A stretch of 64,000 nt of DNA from Acidimicrobiales bacterium (GCA_036270875.1 DATBBR010000046.1:9925-73924); one strand, 5' to 3'. Positions 37,601 to 47,451 are shown, counted from the first letter of the stretch. The notes: a model not told the origin generated them from the sequence alone. Made by a program: numbers and translations.

Positions 37601-38094
37601 CCAAGGTCATCCGGGCCATCGACGGCGAGATCGTCCAGGTCTTCGCGGCCGCCTTCGCCGACGTGTCGAAGCACTTCTCCGCCTTGTTCTCGACCCTCTT
37701 CTCGGGCGGCGTGGGCGGGCTGCGCCTCACCGACCCCGACAACCTCCTGGAGACTGGCATCGAGGTCGAGGCCAAGCCGGCGGGCAAGAACGTGAAGAAG
37801 CTGTCGCTCCTCTCGGGCGGCGAGCGTTCCCTGGTGGCCATCGCCTTCCTGTTCTCGGTGTTCCGCAGCCGTCCGTCACCCTTCTATCTGCTCGACGAGG
37901 TCGAGGCCGCCCTCGACGATGTGAACCTCCGGCGCTTCCTCGACCTGATCGACGAGTTCCGCGACGAGGCGCAGCTCATAGTCGTGACCCACCAGAAGCG
38001 GACGATGGAAGCGGCCGACTGGCTGTACGGGGTCACGCTCCAGCCCGGCGGGTCCTCCAAGATCGTGAGCGAACGGGTCAGGGCCTCGGCCTAG
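34609..38094 (+). CDS. smc: Chromosome segregation protein SMC
   Basis: GTG start. GPNGSGKSNVVDA, long coiled coils, hinge region, LSGGERSLVAIAFLF, LDEVEAALD. Confidence 0.96.
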   Translation: MFLKALTLKGFKSFAESTTLELEPGVTVVVGPNGSGKSNVVDAVAWVLGAQGPRTVRSARMDDVIFAGSAKRPALGRAEVSLTIDNSSGLLPVESSEITLSRTLFRSGDSEYAINGVPCRLLDVQELLSDSGVGRQQHVIVSQGQLDAVLNARPEDRRLIVEEAAGVLKYRRRRERAERRLEATEGNLERLQDLLGEVRRQIRPLERQAEAARRHSGLADELLAVRLYLAGRELSNLDARLTASLETRTELDREQDGLKASLATLDTSVVAAESALTSGRGDDLADHLRRVESLRERALGMSAVLVERRRSIASAASALADQDVVAALEAEAARLRSELDQTETSARELEPSGEELAAAELALAGERADLEETLGDTMGLVSRDGAAADARGQLRTIRHGLDRDRTEQGRLESRLAAIGHRSHGLEADRGRLGAEIEAARRAAPSLVAAAEDAAKRRASAESEAERAEAGLRRADQDHHSWQARAEALALALHEARARAGAERLSEVPGVVGTLLELVAVDPGWERAFEAAAGEAVAAVVMAGPGEARAALAHLRRAGKPGAVLAPGAGGYRRVGDPTDLAEVDLVRAHVRSAVNGVEHLLDVLLAGAVVAPGGWEAAVDLALRRPELIVVTAEGDRFGASGWRIGGGGPTATGAALDEARAQAATFARAVTDATEELQAARAELAAARTAEAELAREVERADARSAGTSEALTRVESELGVLAQDAHHARDHEQELTRRIEHDTSLAASLEQRLPSLEADEAEVAQRVAVAREAKAQMDERVAAVAQLRTGLEVRTASLDERRSLLAGRLGDIEQRLERDRTEADQASDRRRQMEAAAIAIDRLSAMVAGHVATLEDQAATLDEQRRQMAAALHDRAARLDRLRGERQQAERRLAEIRERAQRAEIEDAEIRLRQEAAVESVRRELDHEPEAAKAAPRPEPASGVTIAQRGRELERELRLMGPVNPLAIEELTSLRERHEFLESQLEDVRGARRDLAKVIRAIDGEIVQVFAAAFADVSKHFSALFSTLFSGGVGGLRLTDPDNLLETGIEVEAKPAGKNVKKLSLLSGGERSLVAIAFLFSVFRSRPSPFYLLDEVEAALDDVNLRRFLDLIDEFRDEAQLIVVTHQKRTMEAADWLYGVTLQPGGSSKIVSERVRASA

Positions 38095-38134
38095 GGGTCA
38101 AGCGAGCGGGGGCGGGCGGTAGGCTCTCGAAGCC

Positions 38135-39256
38135 ATGACGATCTTGGTGATCGTGGCCGTCCTCGGGTTCCTCCTGCTCGTGTCGTTGGGTCTCGTGGCC
38201 GGCGTCACCCTGAGGCGACGCGGCGCGGGCGTCGAGCTCGAGCCTCCGCCGCGGCCGCCGGCGGAGGGCGCCGTGCCCTCGACGGAGGTCGCCGAGCCCG
38301 AGGTCGTCGAGGCGCCGGCCGAGGCCGAAGAGGTGCTCGGTCCTCCCGAGGTCGCCGCCCCGCCGCCGCTGCGCGAGCGGCTGGGCAAGGCCCGCAGTCT
38401 CCTGGCTGCCCGCGTCGGCTCGGTGCTCGCCCGCTCCGGCATCGACGAGGGGACATGGGAGGAGCTGGAGGAGGCGCTGATCCTGGCCGACGTCGGGGTG
38501 TCGACCACCACCTCACTGCTCGACGGGCTCCGCACGCGGGTCAAGGCCGGCGAGATCGCGGGCCCCGACGCGCTGCTCGAGGCGCTGAAGTCGGACCTCA
38601 AGGCAATCGTCGGACGAGGGGACCGGGAGCTCCATCAGGAGCCGGGGCAGACGAACCTCTGGCTGTTCGTCGGTGTGAACGGCGTAGGGAAGACGACCAC
38701 GATCGGCAAGGTGGGCATGCGTGAAGCGGCCGAGGGGCGGTCGGTGGTGATGGCGGCGGGCGACACGTTCAGGGCCGCCGCCACCGAGCAGCTGGCCCTG
38801 TGGGCGGTGCGCGTCGAGGCCGACCTGGTGAGGGGGTCGGAGGGGGGCGACCCCGGCTCGGTGCTGTTCGACGCCGTCCAACGGGCGGTAGCCCGGAGGG
38901 CCGATCTGGTGCTGGTCGACACCGCCGGGCGTCTGCACACCAAGGTCAATCTCATGGAGGAGCTCAAGAAGGTGCGGCGGGTGGCGGAGCGGTCTCCGGC
39001 CCACCTGGGCGAGGTGCTCCTGGTCCTCGACGCCACGACGGGACAGAACGGTCTGGTCCAGGCCCGCCAGTTCTCCGAGGCGGTCGGCGTCACCGGTGTG
39101 GTCCTGACCAAGCTCGACGGCACCGCCAAGGGCGGCATCGCCGTGGCCGTGGTCGCGGACCTCGGGCTGCCCATCAAGCTCGTGGGGCTCGGTGAGTCCC
39201 CTGCCGATCTCGTCCCCCTCGACCCCGACGAGTTCGTCGAGGCGCTGTTCGCCTGA
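38135..39256 (+). CDS. ftsY: Signal recognition particle receptor FtsY
   Basis: N-terminal TM helix. GVNGVGKTTTIGK, DTAGRLH, TKLDGTAKGG. Confidence 0.95.
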   Translation: MTILVIVAVLGFLLLVSLGLVAGVTLRRRGAGVELEPPPRPPAEGAVPSTEVAEPEVVEAPAEAEEVLGPPEVAAPPPLRERLGKARSLLAARVGSVLARSGIDEGTWEELEEALILADVGVSTTTSLLDGLRTRVKAGEIAGPDALLEALKSDLKAIVGRGDRELHQEPGQTNLWLFVGVNGVGKTTTIGKVGMREAAEGRSVVMAAGDTFRAAATEQLALWAVRVEADLVRGSEGGDPGSVLFDAVQRAVARRADLVLVDTAGRLHTKVNLMEELKKVRRVAERSPAHLGEVLLVLDATTGQNGLVQARQFSEAVGVTGVVLTKLDGTAKGGIAVAVVADLGLPIKLVGLGESPADLVPLDPDEFVEALFA

Positions 39257-39302
39257 GGAGCAGGCATGGAGCCCGCTGGCCGTTCCGGTAGCCTGGCTCG
39301 AG

Positions 39303-40664
39303 ATGTTCGAGTCTCTCTCTGATCGCTTCGAAGGTATTTTCACCCGTCTGCGGGGCCGCGGCCGCCTGGGCGAGGCCGAGGTCGACCAGGCCCTCGGCGA
39401 GATCCGGCTGGCCCTCCTCGAGGCGGACGTCAATCTCGCCGTCGTCCGGGGATTCGTCGCCCGGGTCCGGGAGCGCTGCGTCGGGGCCGAGCTGTCCAAG
39501 AGCCTCTCGCCGGCGCAGCAGGTCATCAAGATCGTCAACGAGGAGCTCGTGGGCATTCTCGGGGGCGAGCCCCTGCGCATCACCTACGCCTCCAAGCCTC
39601 CGACGGTCGTGCTCCTGGCCGGTCTCCAAGGCTCCGGGAAGACAACAGGCGCAGCCAAGCTGGCCCGGTGGTTCAAGCAGCAGGGTCGCCAGCCGCTCCT
39701 GGTCGGGGCCGACCTCCAGCGGCCCGCCGCCGTGGAGCAGCTCCGGGTGCTCGGGAGCCAGGCCGGGGTGACCGTGTTCAGCGAGCCGACCGACCCGGTC
39801 ACCGTGGCCCGGCGGGCGCTGGACGAAGCCCAGCGGCGGGGTCGCGATGTGGTCATCGTCGACACGGCGGGGCGCCTCACGATCGACGAGGCCCTGATGG
39901 ACGAGGTCCGCACGGTCTCCGACGTGCTCCATCCCAATTACACGTTCCTGGTCATCGACGCCATGACCGGCCAGGACGCCGTGGCCACCGCCGAGGCGTT
40001 CCACGCCACGCTGGAGCTGGACGGCGTGGTGCTCTCCAAGCTCGACGGCGACGCCCGTGGTGGCGCCGCCCTCTCGGTGAAGGAGGTCGTCGGCCGACCC
40101 ATCGCCTTCGCCTCGACGGGTGAGAAGCTCGCCGACTTCGACACTTTCTATCCCGATCGCATGGCGAGCCGGATCCTCGGCATGGGCGACATGCTGACAC
40201 TCATCGAGACGGCGGAGCAGCACTACGACGAGGAAACCGCCACCCGGGCTGCGGCGCGGCTCCAGGAGGGACAGTTCACCCTCGAGGACTTCCTCGAGCA
40301 GATGCAGCAGATCAAGAAGATGGGTCCCCTCACGGGTATCCTCGGCATGCTCCCCGGGCTGCCGAAGGACATCAAGAACGCCCCCATCGATGACGGGCAG
40401 CTGGCCCATGTCGAGGCCATCATCCGCTCCATGACGCCGGGCGAGCGAAGGGACCCGGCCATCGTCAACGGGTCGAGACGGCAGCGCATCGCCAACGGCA
40501 GTGGCTCGACCACCGCCGAGGTGAACGCGCTGCTCAAGCAGTTCAAGGAGATGCAGCGCATGATGAAGGGCATCGGAGGCGGGAAGGCCTCCGGCAAGCC
40601 GGGGAAGAAGGGCAAGCGGGGCCGTGTCACGCCGTCGCTAGCCGACCTCAGCTCGCTTCGCTAG
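39303..40664 (+). CDS. ffh: Signal recognition particle protein Ffh
   Basis: Start at ATG 39303 ([13 protein letters not shown]). [19 protein letters not shown], Met-rich M domain. Confidence 0.95.
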   Translation: MFESLSDRFEGIFTRLRGRGRLGEAEVDQALGEIRLALLEADVNLAVVRGFVARVRERCVGAELSKSLSPAQQVIKIVNEELVGILGGEPLRITYASKPPTVVLLAGLQGSGKTTGAAKLARWFKQQGRQPLLVGADLQRPAAVEQLRVLGSQAGVTVFSEPTDPVTVARRALDEAQRRGRDVVIVDTAGRLTIDEALMDEVRTVSDVLHPNYTFLVIDAMTGQDAVATAEAFHATLELDGVVLSKLDGDARGGAALSVKEVVGRPIAFASTGEKLADFDTFYPDRMASRILGMGDMLTLIETAEQHYDEETATRAAARLQEGQFTLEDFLEQMQQIKKMGPLTGILGMLPGLPKDIKNAPIDDGQLAHVEAIIRSMTPGERRDPAIVNGSRRQRIANGSGSTTAEVNALLKQFKEMQRMMKGIGGGKASGKPGKKGKRGRVTPSLADLSSLR

Positions 40665-40725
40665 CGAGCTCGGACAAACCAACGGCCGGCCCGGAAGGCA
40701 GGCCCAGAAAGGCAAGGATCGATTC

Positions 40726-40995
40726 GTGGCAGTGAAGCTTCGCCTCATGAGGATGGGCAAGAAGAAGCAGCCCACCTACCGCGTCGTGGCCGCTGACAGC
40801 AGCTCCCCCAGGGACGGCCGCTTTATCGAGATCGTGGGCACCTATGCACCCAGGTCCGATCCATCCGTGGTCAAGATCGACTCAGCCAAGGCCGTCAAGT
40901 GGCTGTCACGGGGGGCCAAGCCGACCGAGCGGGTCGAGAAGCTGTTGCGCGTCTCCGGGGCCTGGGACGAGTTCACCGCCGCAGCATCGAAGTGA
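40726..40995 (+). CDS. rpsP: 30S ribosomal protein S16
   Basis: GTG start. [34 protein letters not shown]. Confidence 0.95.
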   Translation: MAVKLRLMRMGKKKQPTYRVVAADSSSPRDGRFIEIVGTYAPRSDPSVVKIDSAKAVKWLSRGAKPTERVEKLLRVSGAWDEFTAAASK

Positions 40996-41000
40996 GCGAC

Positions 41001-41318
41001 ATGTCGGACGCGGAGGTCGGCCTCTCGGCTGACGGCGAGGTCGACGAAGTCGATGACATGGCGGGGAACCGGGCCCTCGGTGCGATCCCCCGAGCCGTGC
41101 TCGAGCACATCGCCCGCTCCATCGTCGATGACCCCGACGCCGTGGTGGTCGAGGTCGAGGAGGCCCGCCAGGGGGTGAACCTGCGTCTGCACGTCGCCCC
41201 GGACGACATGGGCAGGATCATCGGACGGCGGGGTCGTGTCGCGCAGGCCATCCGCGCTCTGGTGAGGGCGGCCGGGGCCAACGAGGGGACCGAGGCCAGC
41301 GTCGACATTGTCGACTGA
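41001..41318 (+). CDS. KH-domain RNA-binding protein (YlqC-like)
   Basis: DDMGRIIGRRGRVAQAIRALV is the KH GxxG motif. Conserved slot between rpsP and rimM. An alternative GTG start lies at 40992. Confidence 0.85.
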   Translation: MSDAEVGLSADGEVDEVDDMAGNRALGAIPRAVLEHIARSIVDDPDAVVVEVEEARQGVNLRLHVAPDDMGRIIGRRGRVAQAIRALVRAAGANEGTEASVDIVD

Positions 41319-41823
41319 CCGGCCGACGCCAGCCGCGGGCGACCCGGGAGGCCGGCCCGGTAGCCCAGCGACGCTCGAGGTCGGCAGGGTGGTTCGGCCG
41401 CACGGGCTGCGGGGCGAGGTCATCGTGCGCTTGGTGACGGATCGCACCGAGCGACTGGCGAGCGGCGCCGTGCTCTCGTCGACCGCCGGCAACCTCGAGG
41501 TCGTACGGTCGGTCTGCAACGGCGGTCGCTGGATCGTCTCCTTCTCCGGGGTGGGCGATCGGGACGGAGCCGAGGCCCTTCGAGACGTGGTGCTCCGGGC
41601 TGAGCCGATCGTCGATCCCGATGCTCTCTGGGTCCACGAGCTGCACGGATCGGAGGTCCTCGACGTGAACGGGCGCCACTTGGGGGAGATCACCGCCATC
41701 GAGGCCAACCCCGCCAGCGACCTGCTCGTGCTCGACGGGGGTGGTCTCATCCCCCTCCGCTTCGTGGTGGAGCACGGACCGGGCAGAGTGGTGGTCGAGG
41801 TCCCCGACGGGCTCCTGGAGTGA
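41308..41823 (+). CDS. rimM: 16S rRNA processing protein RimM
   Basis: TTG start. LEVGRVVRPHGLRGEVIV, PRC-barrel C-terminus. Confidence 0.88.
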   Translation: MSTDRPTPAAGDPGGRPGSPATLEVGRVVRPHGLRGEVIVRLVTDRTERLASGAVLSSTAGNLEVVRSVCNGGRWIVSFSGVGDRDGAEALRDVVLRAEPIVDPDALWVHELHGSEVLDVNGRHLGEITAIEANPASDLLVLDGGGLIPLRFVVEHGPGRVVVEVPDGLLE

Positions 41824-41830
41824 TGTCGTC

Positions 41831-42631
41831 GTGCGGGTCGACATCTTCACCATCTTTCCGGGGCTCCTCGAGGCCGTCGGCAGCGAGAGCCTGGTCGGGC
41901 GGGCTCGCCAGTGTGGCCTGCTGGACCTGAGGATCCACGACCTGCGCTCGGCGGCGACCGATCCGCGACGGTCGGTGGACGACACCCCCTTCGGCGGCGG
42001 GGCGGGGATGGTGCTCGCGCCAGGGCCGGTCTTCGGGGCGGTCGAGGTAGCTCGACCGCCCCGGCCGCTGTTCCTGCTCGGACCTGCTGGACGTCCGCTC
42101 GACCAGGCCCTGGTGCAGGAGCTGGCCGCTCTGGGCACGGCCCCTGGCGGTGGCTTCTCACTGTTGTGCGGGCGCTACGAGGGCGTCGACGAGCGGGTGG
42201 CGGAGCATCTCGTCGACGACGAGCTGTCGATCGGTGACTATGTGCTGGCCGGCGGGGAGGCGGCAGCCTTCGTCGTCATCGAGGCGGTGGCCCGGCTGGT
42301 GCCGGGGGTCATGGGGAACGCGGCATCGGCGACCGAGGAGAGCTTCGCCGACGGGCTCCTCGAGTACCCGCAGTACACCAGGCCGGCCGACTTCCGCGGG
42401 TGGGTCGTGCCTGAGGCGCTGCGCTCGGGCGACCACGCCCGCATCGCCCGGTGGCGTCGGGCTCAGGCGCTCGTCCGCACCATCGCCCGGCGTCCCGACC
42501 TCCTCGAGGCTCGCGGCGGGTTGAGCGACGAGGAGATGCGGCTCCTCGCCGAGCATGGGTATCCTGCAGTGTCCCCCCGGTCTCCTGAGGAGCCTTCGCG
42601 CCATGAACCCCACCGACCTGGTCGATCGTGA
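41831..42631 (+). CDS. trmD: tRNA (guanine37-N1)-methyltransferase
   Basis: GTG start. [50 protein letters not shown]. The 3' end overlaps rplS by 29 nt. Confidence 0.92.
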   Translation: MRVDIFTIFPGLLEAVGSESLVGRARQCGLLDLRIHDLRSAATDPRRSVDDTPFGGGAGMVLAPGPVFGAVEVARPPRPLFLLGPAGRPLDQALVQELAALGTAPGGGFSLLCGRYEGVDERVAEHLVDDELSIGDYVLAGGEAAAFVVIEAVARLVPGVMGNAASATEESFADGLLEYPQYTRPADFRGWVVPEALRSGDHARIARWRRAQALVRTIARRPDLLEARGGLSDEEMRLLAEHGYPAVSPRSPEEPSRHEPHRPGRS

Positions 42632-42992
42632 CAGCCTCCGTGACGACATCCCGGCGTTCGCGCCCGGAGACACGGTCCGGGTCCACGTGCGTGTGGTGGA
42701 GGGGAACCGGCAGAGGGTCCAGGTGTTCCAGGGGGCCGTCATCCGCCGCCAGGGCTCGGGGGTCCGGGAGACCTTCACTGTCCGCAAGGTCAGCTTCGGC
42801 GTGGGCGTCGAGCGCACGTTCCCGGTGCATTCCCCGATCATCGCCAAGATCGAGCCCATCATCCAGGGCGACGTCCGCCGGGCGAAGCTGTACTACCTCC
42901 GGGGTCGGGTCGGGAAGGCGGCCAAGATCAAGGAGAAGCGGCAGCTTTCCCCGGCCACCCCGGCCGGCAAGAAGGGCAGGTCCGCCACCTAG
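42603..42992 (+). CDS. rplS: 50S ribosomal protein L19
   Basis: Start at ATG 42603. [50 protein letters not shown]. Confidence 0.95.
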   Translation: MNPTDLVDRDSLRDDIPAFAPGDTVRVHVRVVEGNRQRVQVFQGAVIRRQGSGVRETFTVRKVSFGVGVERTFPVHSPIIAKIEPIIQGDVRRAKLYYLRGRVGKAAKIKEKRQLSPATPAGKKGRSAT

Positions 42993-43021
42993 ACGCCCGG
43001 TCGGCCGAGCTCGCCGACCTG

Positions 43022-43267
43022 TTGGACGCCCAGCTGGCCCGCTACACCACCCGCCATAGCTGCCACCAGAACGCGCTCGCGGCCGATCCCCAACGCGTCT
43101 TCAGACCTCAACCGTCCAGCAGCGGTGTCTTCGCGGACTGGCTTGGGGTGGTCCTGAGCCCACCTCCTCCTGGTGGCGTCGACTGGGACGAGGTGGCGGC
43201 GATCGTAGAAGAGACGTTCAGGATGGTCGCCCCCCGCCGATTGCTCGCGGAACTCGACGACCACTGA
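43022..43267 (+). pseudogene. Possible truncated YjbR/MmcQ-like remnant, or a short intact ORF
   Basis: TTG start. Only the C-terminal segment (WLGVVLSPPPPGGVDWDEVAAIVEETFRMVAPRRL) resembles the YjbR-family C-terminus. The N-terminal part has no recognisable match. Confidence 0.3.
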
Positions 43268-43428
43268 GGGCTGTCTCGAGAACCCCAAACCCAGGCCGAT
43301 CGATCAAGCCTGGCGCTCGCTCGCGGTGACCTGGATCAGGAGGCCGTGGAAGTTGCTTCTGCCCTGTCACATCAGCGGGGTGGTAGCCGTCAATAGAACG
43401 ACAGACCCACGTCGCGGAAGGAGCGGCC

Positions 43429-44109
43429 ATGACCTCCATCGAATCCGTCACCCTCGAGGTGCCCGACCTCACGGCCGCCACGGCCTTCTACTCCGCCGCC
43501 TTCGGGTTGGGCACTCAGGTGCGCCTGCGGGCCTCGGAGGCACCGGCGACCGGTTTTCCTGGGTTCACGCTGTCGCTTGTGGTGTCGCAGCCAGCCACCG
43601 CCAAAGACCTCATCGGCACCGCCCTGAACGCCGGTGCCACGCCGCTGAAGCCGGCCGCGAAGTCGTTGTGGGGCTACGGCGGCGTCGTCCGAGCGCCGGA
43701 CGGGACGATCTGGAAGGTCGCGACGTCGTCGAAGAAGGACAGCGGCCCGGCGACCAGGCAGATCGACGAGATCGTGCTCCTGCTGGGCGTCGCGGACGTG
43801 GCCGCGAGCAAACGGTTCTACGTCGACCGCGGCCTCGCGGTGGCGAAGAGCTATTTCAGCAGGTACGTCCAGTTCGCCGCGACATCGGGCGCCATCACTC
43901 TGGCGCTGTACAAGCGAGGAGCCCTCGCCAAGGACGCCGGCGTCTCCCCTGACGGCTCCGGATCGCACCGGATCGTGATTGGCAGCGATGCGGGGCCCTT
44001 CACCGACCCGGACGGGTTCGCGTGGGAGGCCGCATCGGGCTCAGCGGGAGGCGGAGCCAGGGCTCAGGACGGTCGCGCTCGCGTCCACAAGACCGCAGAA
44101 ACGACCTAG
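43429..44109 (+). CDS. VOC/glyoxalase-family protein (two tandem VOC-like modules)
   Basis: GGAAGGAG SD. VTLEVPDLTAATAFYSAAFGL and LLLGVADVAASKRFYVDRGL are repeated module starts. Confidence 0.75.
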   Translation: MTSIESVTLEVPDLTAATAFYSAAFGLGTQVRLRASEAPATGFPGFTLSLVVSQPATAKDLIGTALNAGATPLKPAAKSLWGYGGVVRAPDGTIWKVATSSKKDSGPATRQIDEIVLLLGVADVAASKRFYVDRGLAVAKSYFSRYVQFAATSGAITLALYKRGALAKDAGVSPDGSGSHRIVIGSDAGPFTDPDGFAWEAASGSAGGGARAQDGRARVHKTAETT

Positions 44110-44299
44110 CGCCGCTCCCGGCGCCGTTCGCCAGCGACGCAGAATCACACCGATGTAGCTCGACGACCCGGTCGTGACGCCTCCTCCCTCGTTCGGGGTC
44201 GTCACACCGTGCTGAAAGGCTTCTCGGGGCATCCCGTTAGAGTCACGGGGCATCGATTCGCCCCCCTGATGTCGTCGCCCTCGTGGAGATTATGGAGAG

Positions 44300-44539
44300 A
44301 TGGGTGTCTTGTCGAGGAGAAGCCGGTCCTTCGCTGACTGGAGCGACCAGCGTGTGGGGCCCCTGGGTCCCGGGCACCTCGCGGGCCTGCGGCGGGGCAG
44401 GGGCCCCCGGGGCGGCGCAGCCGCCAGCACCAGCGGGGGCTGGGGGACCGGGTGCGGCGGCTGGAGGGGCGCAGCGGGGCACCGGCGTCCTACAGTTGGC
44501 CTTCCAGGGGACAACGCTCCAGCGAGGCCTGAGACATGA
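44300..44539 (+). CDS. Hypothetical Gly/Arg/Trp-rich small ORF abutting DUF2469 (TGA immediately followed by ATG)
   Basis: Best G/C third-position bias of the three frames here. GGAGA lies 10 nt upstream. No family recognised and the sequence is low-complexity, so it may be non-coding. Confidence 0.25.
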   Translation: MGVLSRRSRSFADWSDQRVGPLGPGHLAGLRRGRGPRGGAAASTSGGWGTGCGGWRGAAGHRRPTVGLPGDNAPARPET

Positions 44540-44836
44540 ATGATGAGCGCTGAGGACCTCGAGCGTTACGAGGCCGAAATCGAGCTGGCTCTCTATCAGG
44601 AGTACCGAGCGGTGCTCCCGATGTTCCGCTATGTCGTCGAGACCGACCGACGGTTCTACCTGGCCAACCACGTGAGCATGGAGGCCAAGGGGGAGGCGGG
44701 GCATCCCCACTTCGAGATCCAGCTGAATGATGCCTGGGTGTGGGACATGTACCGGCCCGCCCGATTCGTCTCCTCCGTCCGGGTCGTCACGTTCAAGGAC
44801 GTCAACGTGGAGGAGCTCCCCGAGAAGGAGCTCTAG
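44540..44836 (+). CDS. DUF2469 family protein (actinobacterial conserved)
   Basis: MSAEDLERYEAEIELALYQEYRAVLPMFRYVVETDRRFYLAN. Confidence 0.9.
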   Translation: MMSAEDLERYEAEIELALYQEYRAVLPMFRYVVETDRRFYLANHVSMEAKGEAGHPHFEIQLNDAWVWDMYRPARFVSSVRVVTFKDVNVEELPEKEL

Positions 44837-44838
44837 CC

Positions 44839-45189
44839 GTGGAACGGGTCGCTCGGCGCCAGGAGCTCGCCGCCTACGGCGAGGAGAGGGTGGCCGAGTG
44901 GTACCGGGCATCCGGATTCGATGTCGTGGCCCGCAACTGGCGCTGTCCCCAGGGCGAGCTGGACCTCGTGCTGGGCCACGGCGACCTGATCGTCGTGTGC
45001 GAGGTCAAGACCCGGTCCTCGACCGTCTTCGGGGCGCCCGTCGAGGCGGTGACGCGGGCCAAGCAGGCCCGCCTGCGGCGGGCTGCGGCCCGGTGGCTCG
45101 AGGAGGGGTCCTACCACGCCGGGCTGGTGCGGTTCGACGTGGCGTCGGTGCTGGGAGGCGTCGTCGAGGTGGTCGAGGGGGCGTTCTGA
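44839..45189 (+). CDS. yraN: YraN-family (UPF0102) endonuclease
   Basis: GTG start 2 nt after the DUF2469 stop. GEERVAEWYRASGFDVVARNWRCPQGELDLVL...VVCEVKTR. Confidence 0.88.
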   Translation: MERVARRQELAAYGEERVAEWYRASGFDVVARNWRCPQGELDLVLGHGDLIVVCEVKTRSSTVFGAPVEAVTRAKQARLRRAAARWLEEGSYHAGLVRFDVASVLGGVVEVVEGAF

Positions 45190-45218
45190 GCCCACCACTG
45201 CATCCAGCCTCGGTCGCG

Positions 45219-46307
45219 GTGGCCTCAGGTAGGGGAGAGGCGGTCGCGGGGGCGCCCGTCAACGTGGCCGTGCCGCTGTCTTCGACCTACCGGGCGGACG
45301 GTCCGCTCTCCTACGGAAGGGAGGGCAACGCCGTCTGGGACGCCCTGGAGGAGGTGCTGGGCTCCCTGGAGGGCGGCCAGGCGCTGGTGTTCGCGTCCGG
45401 GTTGGCGGCGATCGCCGCTGTCCTCGAGACCCTGCCCGTCGGTGCACTGGTCGTGGCGCCACAGGACGCCTACCTGGGCACGCGGGGACTGCTGGCCGAG
45501 TTGGCGGGGCGCGGCCGGCTCCTCGTCCGGCTCGTCGACATCACCGACACCTCGGCCACGCTCGCCGCCATCGACGGCGCCGAGCTGCTGTGGTGCGAGT
45601 CCCCGACCAATCCCATGATGGCGATCGCAGACCTCGCCGCCCTGTGCGAGGGGGCCCGGGCGGTCGCCGTCCCGGTGGTGGTCGACAACACCTTCGCCAC
45701 GCCCCTGCTCCAGCGCCCCCTCGAGCTGGGCGCCGACGTCGTCGTGCACAGCGTCACCAAGTTCCTGGCCGGTCACTCCGACGTGGTGATGGGGGCGACC
45801 ATCACCGGTGACCAGGACCGCTGGGGCGAGGCGCTCCGCCGGCGGCGGAGCCTGCACGGCGCCGTACCCGGGCCGGTCGAGGCGTTCCTCGCCCTCCGCG
45901 GGGTGCGTACTCTCGACGTCCGCCTCGAGCGGGCCCAGGCCAACGCCGCCGAGCTGGCCCGTCGCCTGGCCGCCCATCCCGGGGTCTCCGTCGTGCGCTA
46001 CCCGGGGCTCGCCGACCACCCTGGCCACGAGCTGGCCTCCCGGCAGATGGACGGCTTCGGCGCCATGCTGTCGTTCGAGGTGCACGGCGGCGCCCCGATC
46101 GCCGACGCCCTGTGCGACGCGGTGCGCCTTTGTGTGCACGCCACGAGCCTGGGTGGGGTGGAGACGCTGCTGGAGCGGCGCCAGCGCTGGGAGGGCGAGG
46201 AGGCGACGCCGGCCGGCCTGGTCCGGGTCAGCGTCGGCATCGAGCACGTAGAGGACCTGTGGGCCGACCTCGATGCCGCCCTCGGGGTCGCTGCCTCGGC
46301 GCGGTAG
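45219..46307 (+). CDS. Cys/Met-metabolism PLP-dependent enzyme (cystathionine gamma-synthase/lyase family)
   Basis: PLSSTY, ESPTNP, VVDNTFATP. HSVTKFLAGHSDV carries the PLP lysine. The start is uncertain: GTG 45219 is the first canonical start compatible with the homology. Confidence 0.85.
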   Translation: MASGRGEAVAGAPVNVAVPLSSTYRADGPLSYGREGNAVWDALEEVLGSLEGGQALVFASGLAAIAAVLETLPVGALVVAPQDAYLGTRGLLAELAGRGRLLVRLVDITDTSATLAAIDGAELLWCESPTNPMMAIADLAALCEGARAVAVPVVVDNTFATPLLQRPLELGADVVVHSVTKFLAGHSDVVMGATITGDQDRWGEALRRRRSLHGAVPGPVEAFLALRGVRTLDVRLERAQANAAELARRLAAHPGVSVVRYPGLADHPGHELASRQMDGFGAMLSFEVHGGAPIADALCDAVRLCVHATSLGGVETLLERRQRWEGEEATPAGLVRVSVGIEHVEDLWADLDAALGVAASAR

Positions 46308-46355
46308 GTAGGCGGCGGAGGACCGTCGGTGGTCCGGTGATTATCGTGCGGGCCC

Positions 46356-47126
46356 ATGGAGACTCTCCGAGTAGAGCGCGCCGACGGGGTCGTGACCGTG
46401 ACCATGGACCGGCCAGACCGCAAGAACGCCATCAACGAGACGATGTGGATCGAGCTGTGGGAGACGTTTCAGGCCGTCGCCCGGAGCACCGAGGACCGTG
46501 TGCTGATAGTCACCGGCGCCGGGGGTGCATTCTGCTCCGGCCAGGACCTGAGCGGGGTGTCCGACGGTGGGGGTGACCACGGCCTGGTGCGCATGCGCCG
46601 CGTCGGTGACGTGGCCCTGGCGTTGCATCGGGTGCCGAAACCCACGATCGCCAAAGTCGCCGGGATCGCCGCCGGAGCGGGCTGCAACCTCGCCCTGGGC
46701 TGCGACCTGATCGTGGCATCGGAGGACGCTCGCTTCTCAGAGATCTTCTCCCGGCGCGGCCTCTCGGTCGACTTCGGGGGATCGTGGGTGCTGCCCCGGC
46801 TGATCGGGCTCCACCGGGCCAAGGAGCTCGCCTTCTTCGCCGAGATCGTTTCTGCCAAGGAGGCGGCTGACATCGGGTTGGTCAACCGGGTGGTGCCGGC
46901 AGCCGACCTCGACGGGTTCGTCGACGATTGGGCCCGCACCCTGGCCAAGGGACCGCCACTGGCGCTCTCGATGACCAAGACGATGCTCAACAACGGGGCC
47001 ACCTCGATGGAGCAGGCCGTTGAGGACGAGGCCCGCTGCCAGGCGTTGAACTTCTCTACCGCCGACACTGTCGAGGCCGTGCAGGCCTTCAGCCAGAAGC
47101 GCGACCCCAAGTTCCGAGGGTTCTGA
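46356..47126 (+). CDS. Enoyl-CoA hydratase/isomerase family protein
   Basis: VTMDRPDRKNAI, VTGAGGAFCSGQDL, IAAGAGCNLALGCD. Confidence 0.9.
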   Translation: METLRVERADGVVTVTMDRPDRKNAINETMWIELWETFQAVARSTEDRVLIVTGAGGAFCSGQDLSGVSDGGGDHGLVRMRRVGDVALALHRVPKPTIAKVAGIAAGAGCNLALGCDLIVASEDARFSEIFSRRGLSVDFGGSWVLPRLIGLHRAKELAFFAEIVSAKEAADIGLVNRVVPAADLDGFVDDWARTLAKGPPLALSMTKTMLNNGATSMEQAVEDEARCQALNFSTADTVEAVQAFSQKRDPKFRGF

Positions 47127-47138
47127 CCGGCGAGCCGC

Positions 47139-47450
47139 TCAGCCGCGGAAGATGGCCTCGAGCCAGGTACGCCGACCGCAGGCGGGGCAGGGAAGCAGCC
47201 GGGAGTACCGGCGGCCCGGGATCCAGAGCCAGAACGGAAAATGACGACGGATGTAGTCGGCGTACGTCACCCGCGTGTGGACTCCGCAGGAGGAGCACAC
47301 GAGGACCATGGTCCCCGGCCGTGGGGCAGGCGCCGAGAACAGGGCGCGCCGGCCCGATGCCTCGGGCGCCCCGTGCTCTCGTTCGTCGGCGCGCACGCCG
47401 GGAGCCCAGAAGAGTGCTCGCCGGCCCAGAGGATCGGAACTGCTCGTCAT
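47139..47450 (-). CDS. Small zinc-ribbon protein with duplicated N-terminal GRRALF motif, co-transcribed with the ParA-like ATPase
   Basis: The ATG lies 1 nt after the parA-like stop. GRRALFWAP and GRRALFSAP repeats. CSSC...CPAC cysteine pairs flank the hydrophobic FPFWLWIP. Confidence 0.6.
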   Translation of the reverse strand: MTSSSDPLGRRALFWAPGVRADEREHGAPEASGRRALFSAPAPRPGTMVLVCSSCGVHTRVTYADYIRRHFPFWLWIPGRRYSRLLPCPACGRRTWLEAIFRG

Positions 47451-47451
47451 C

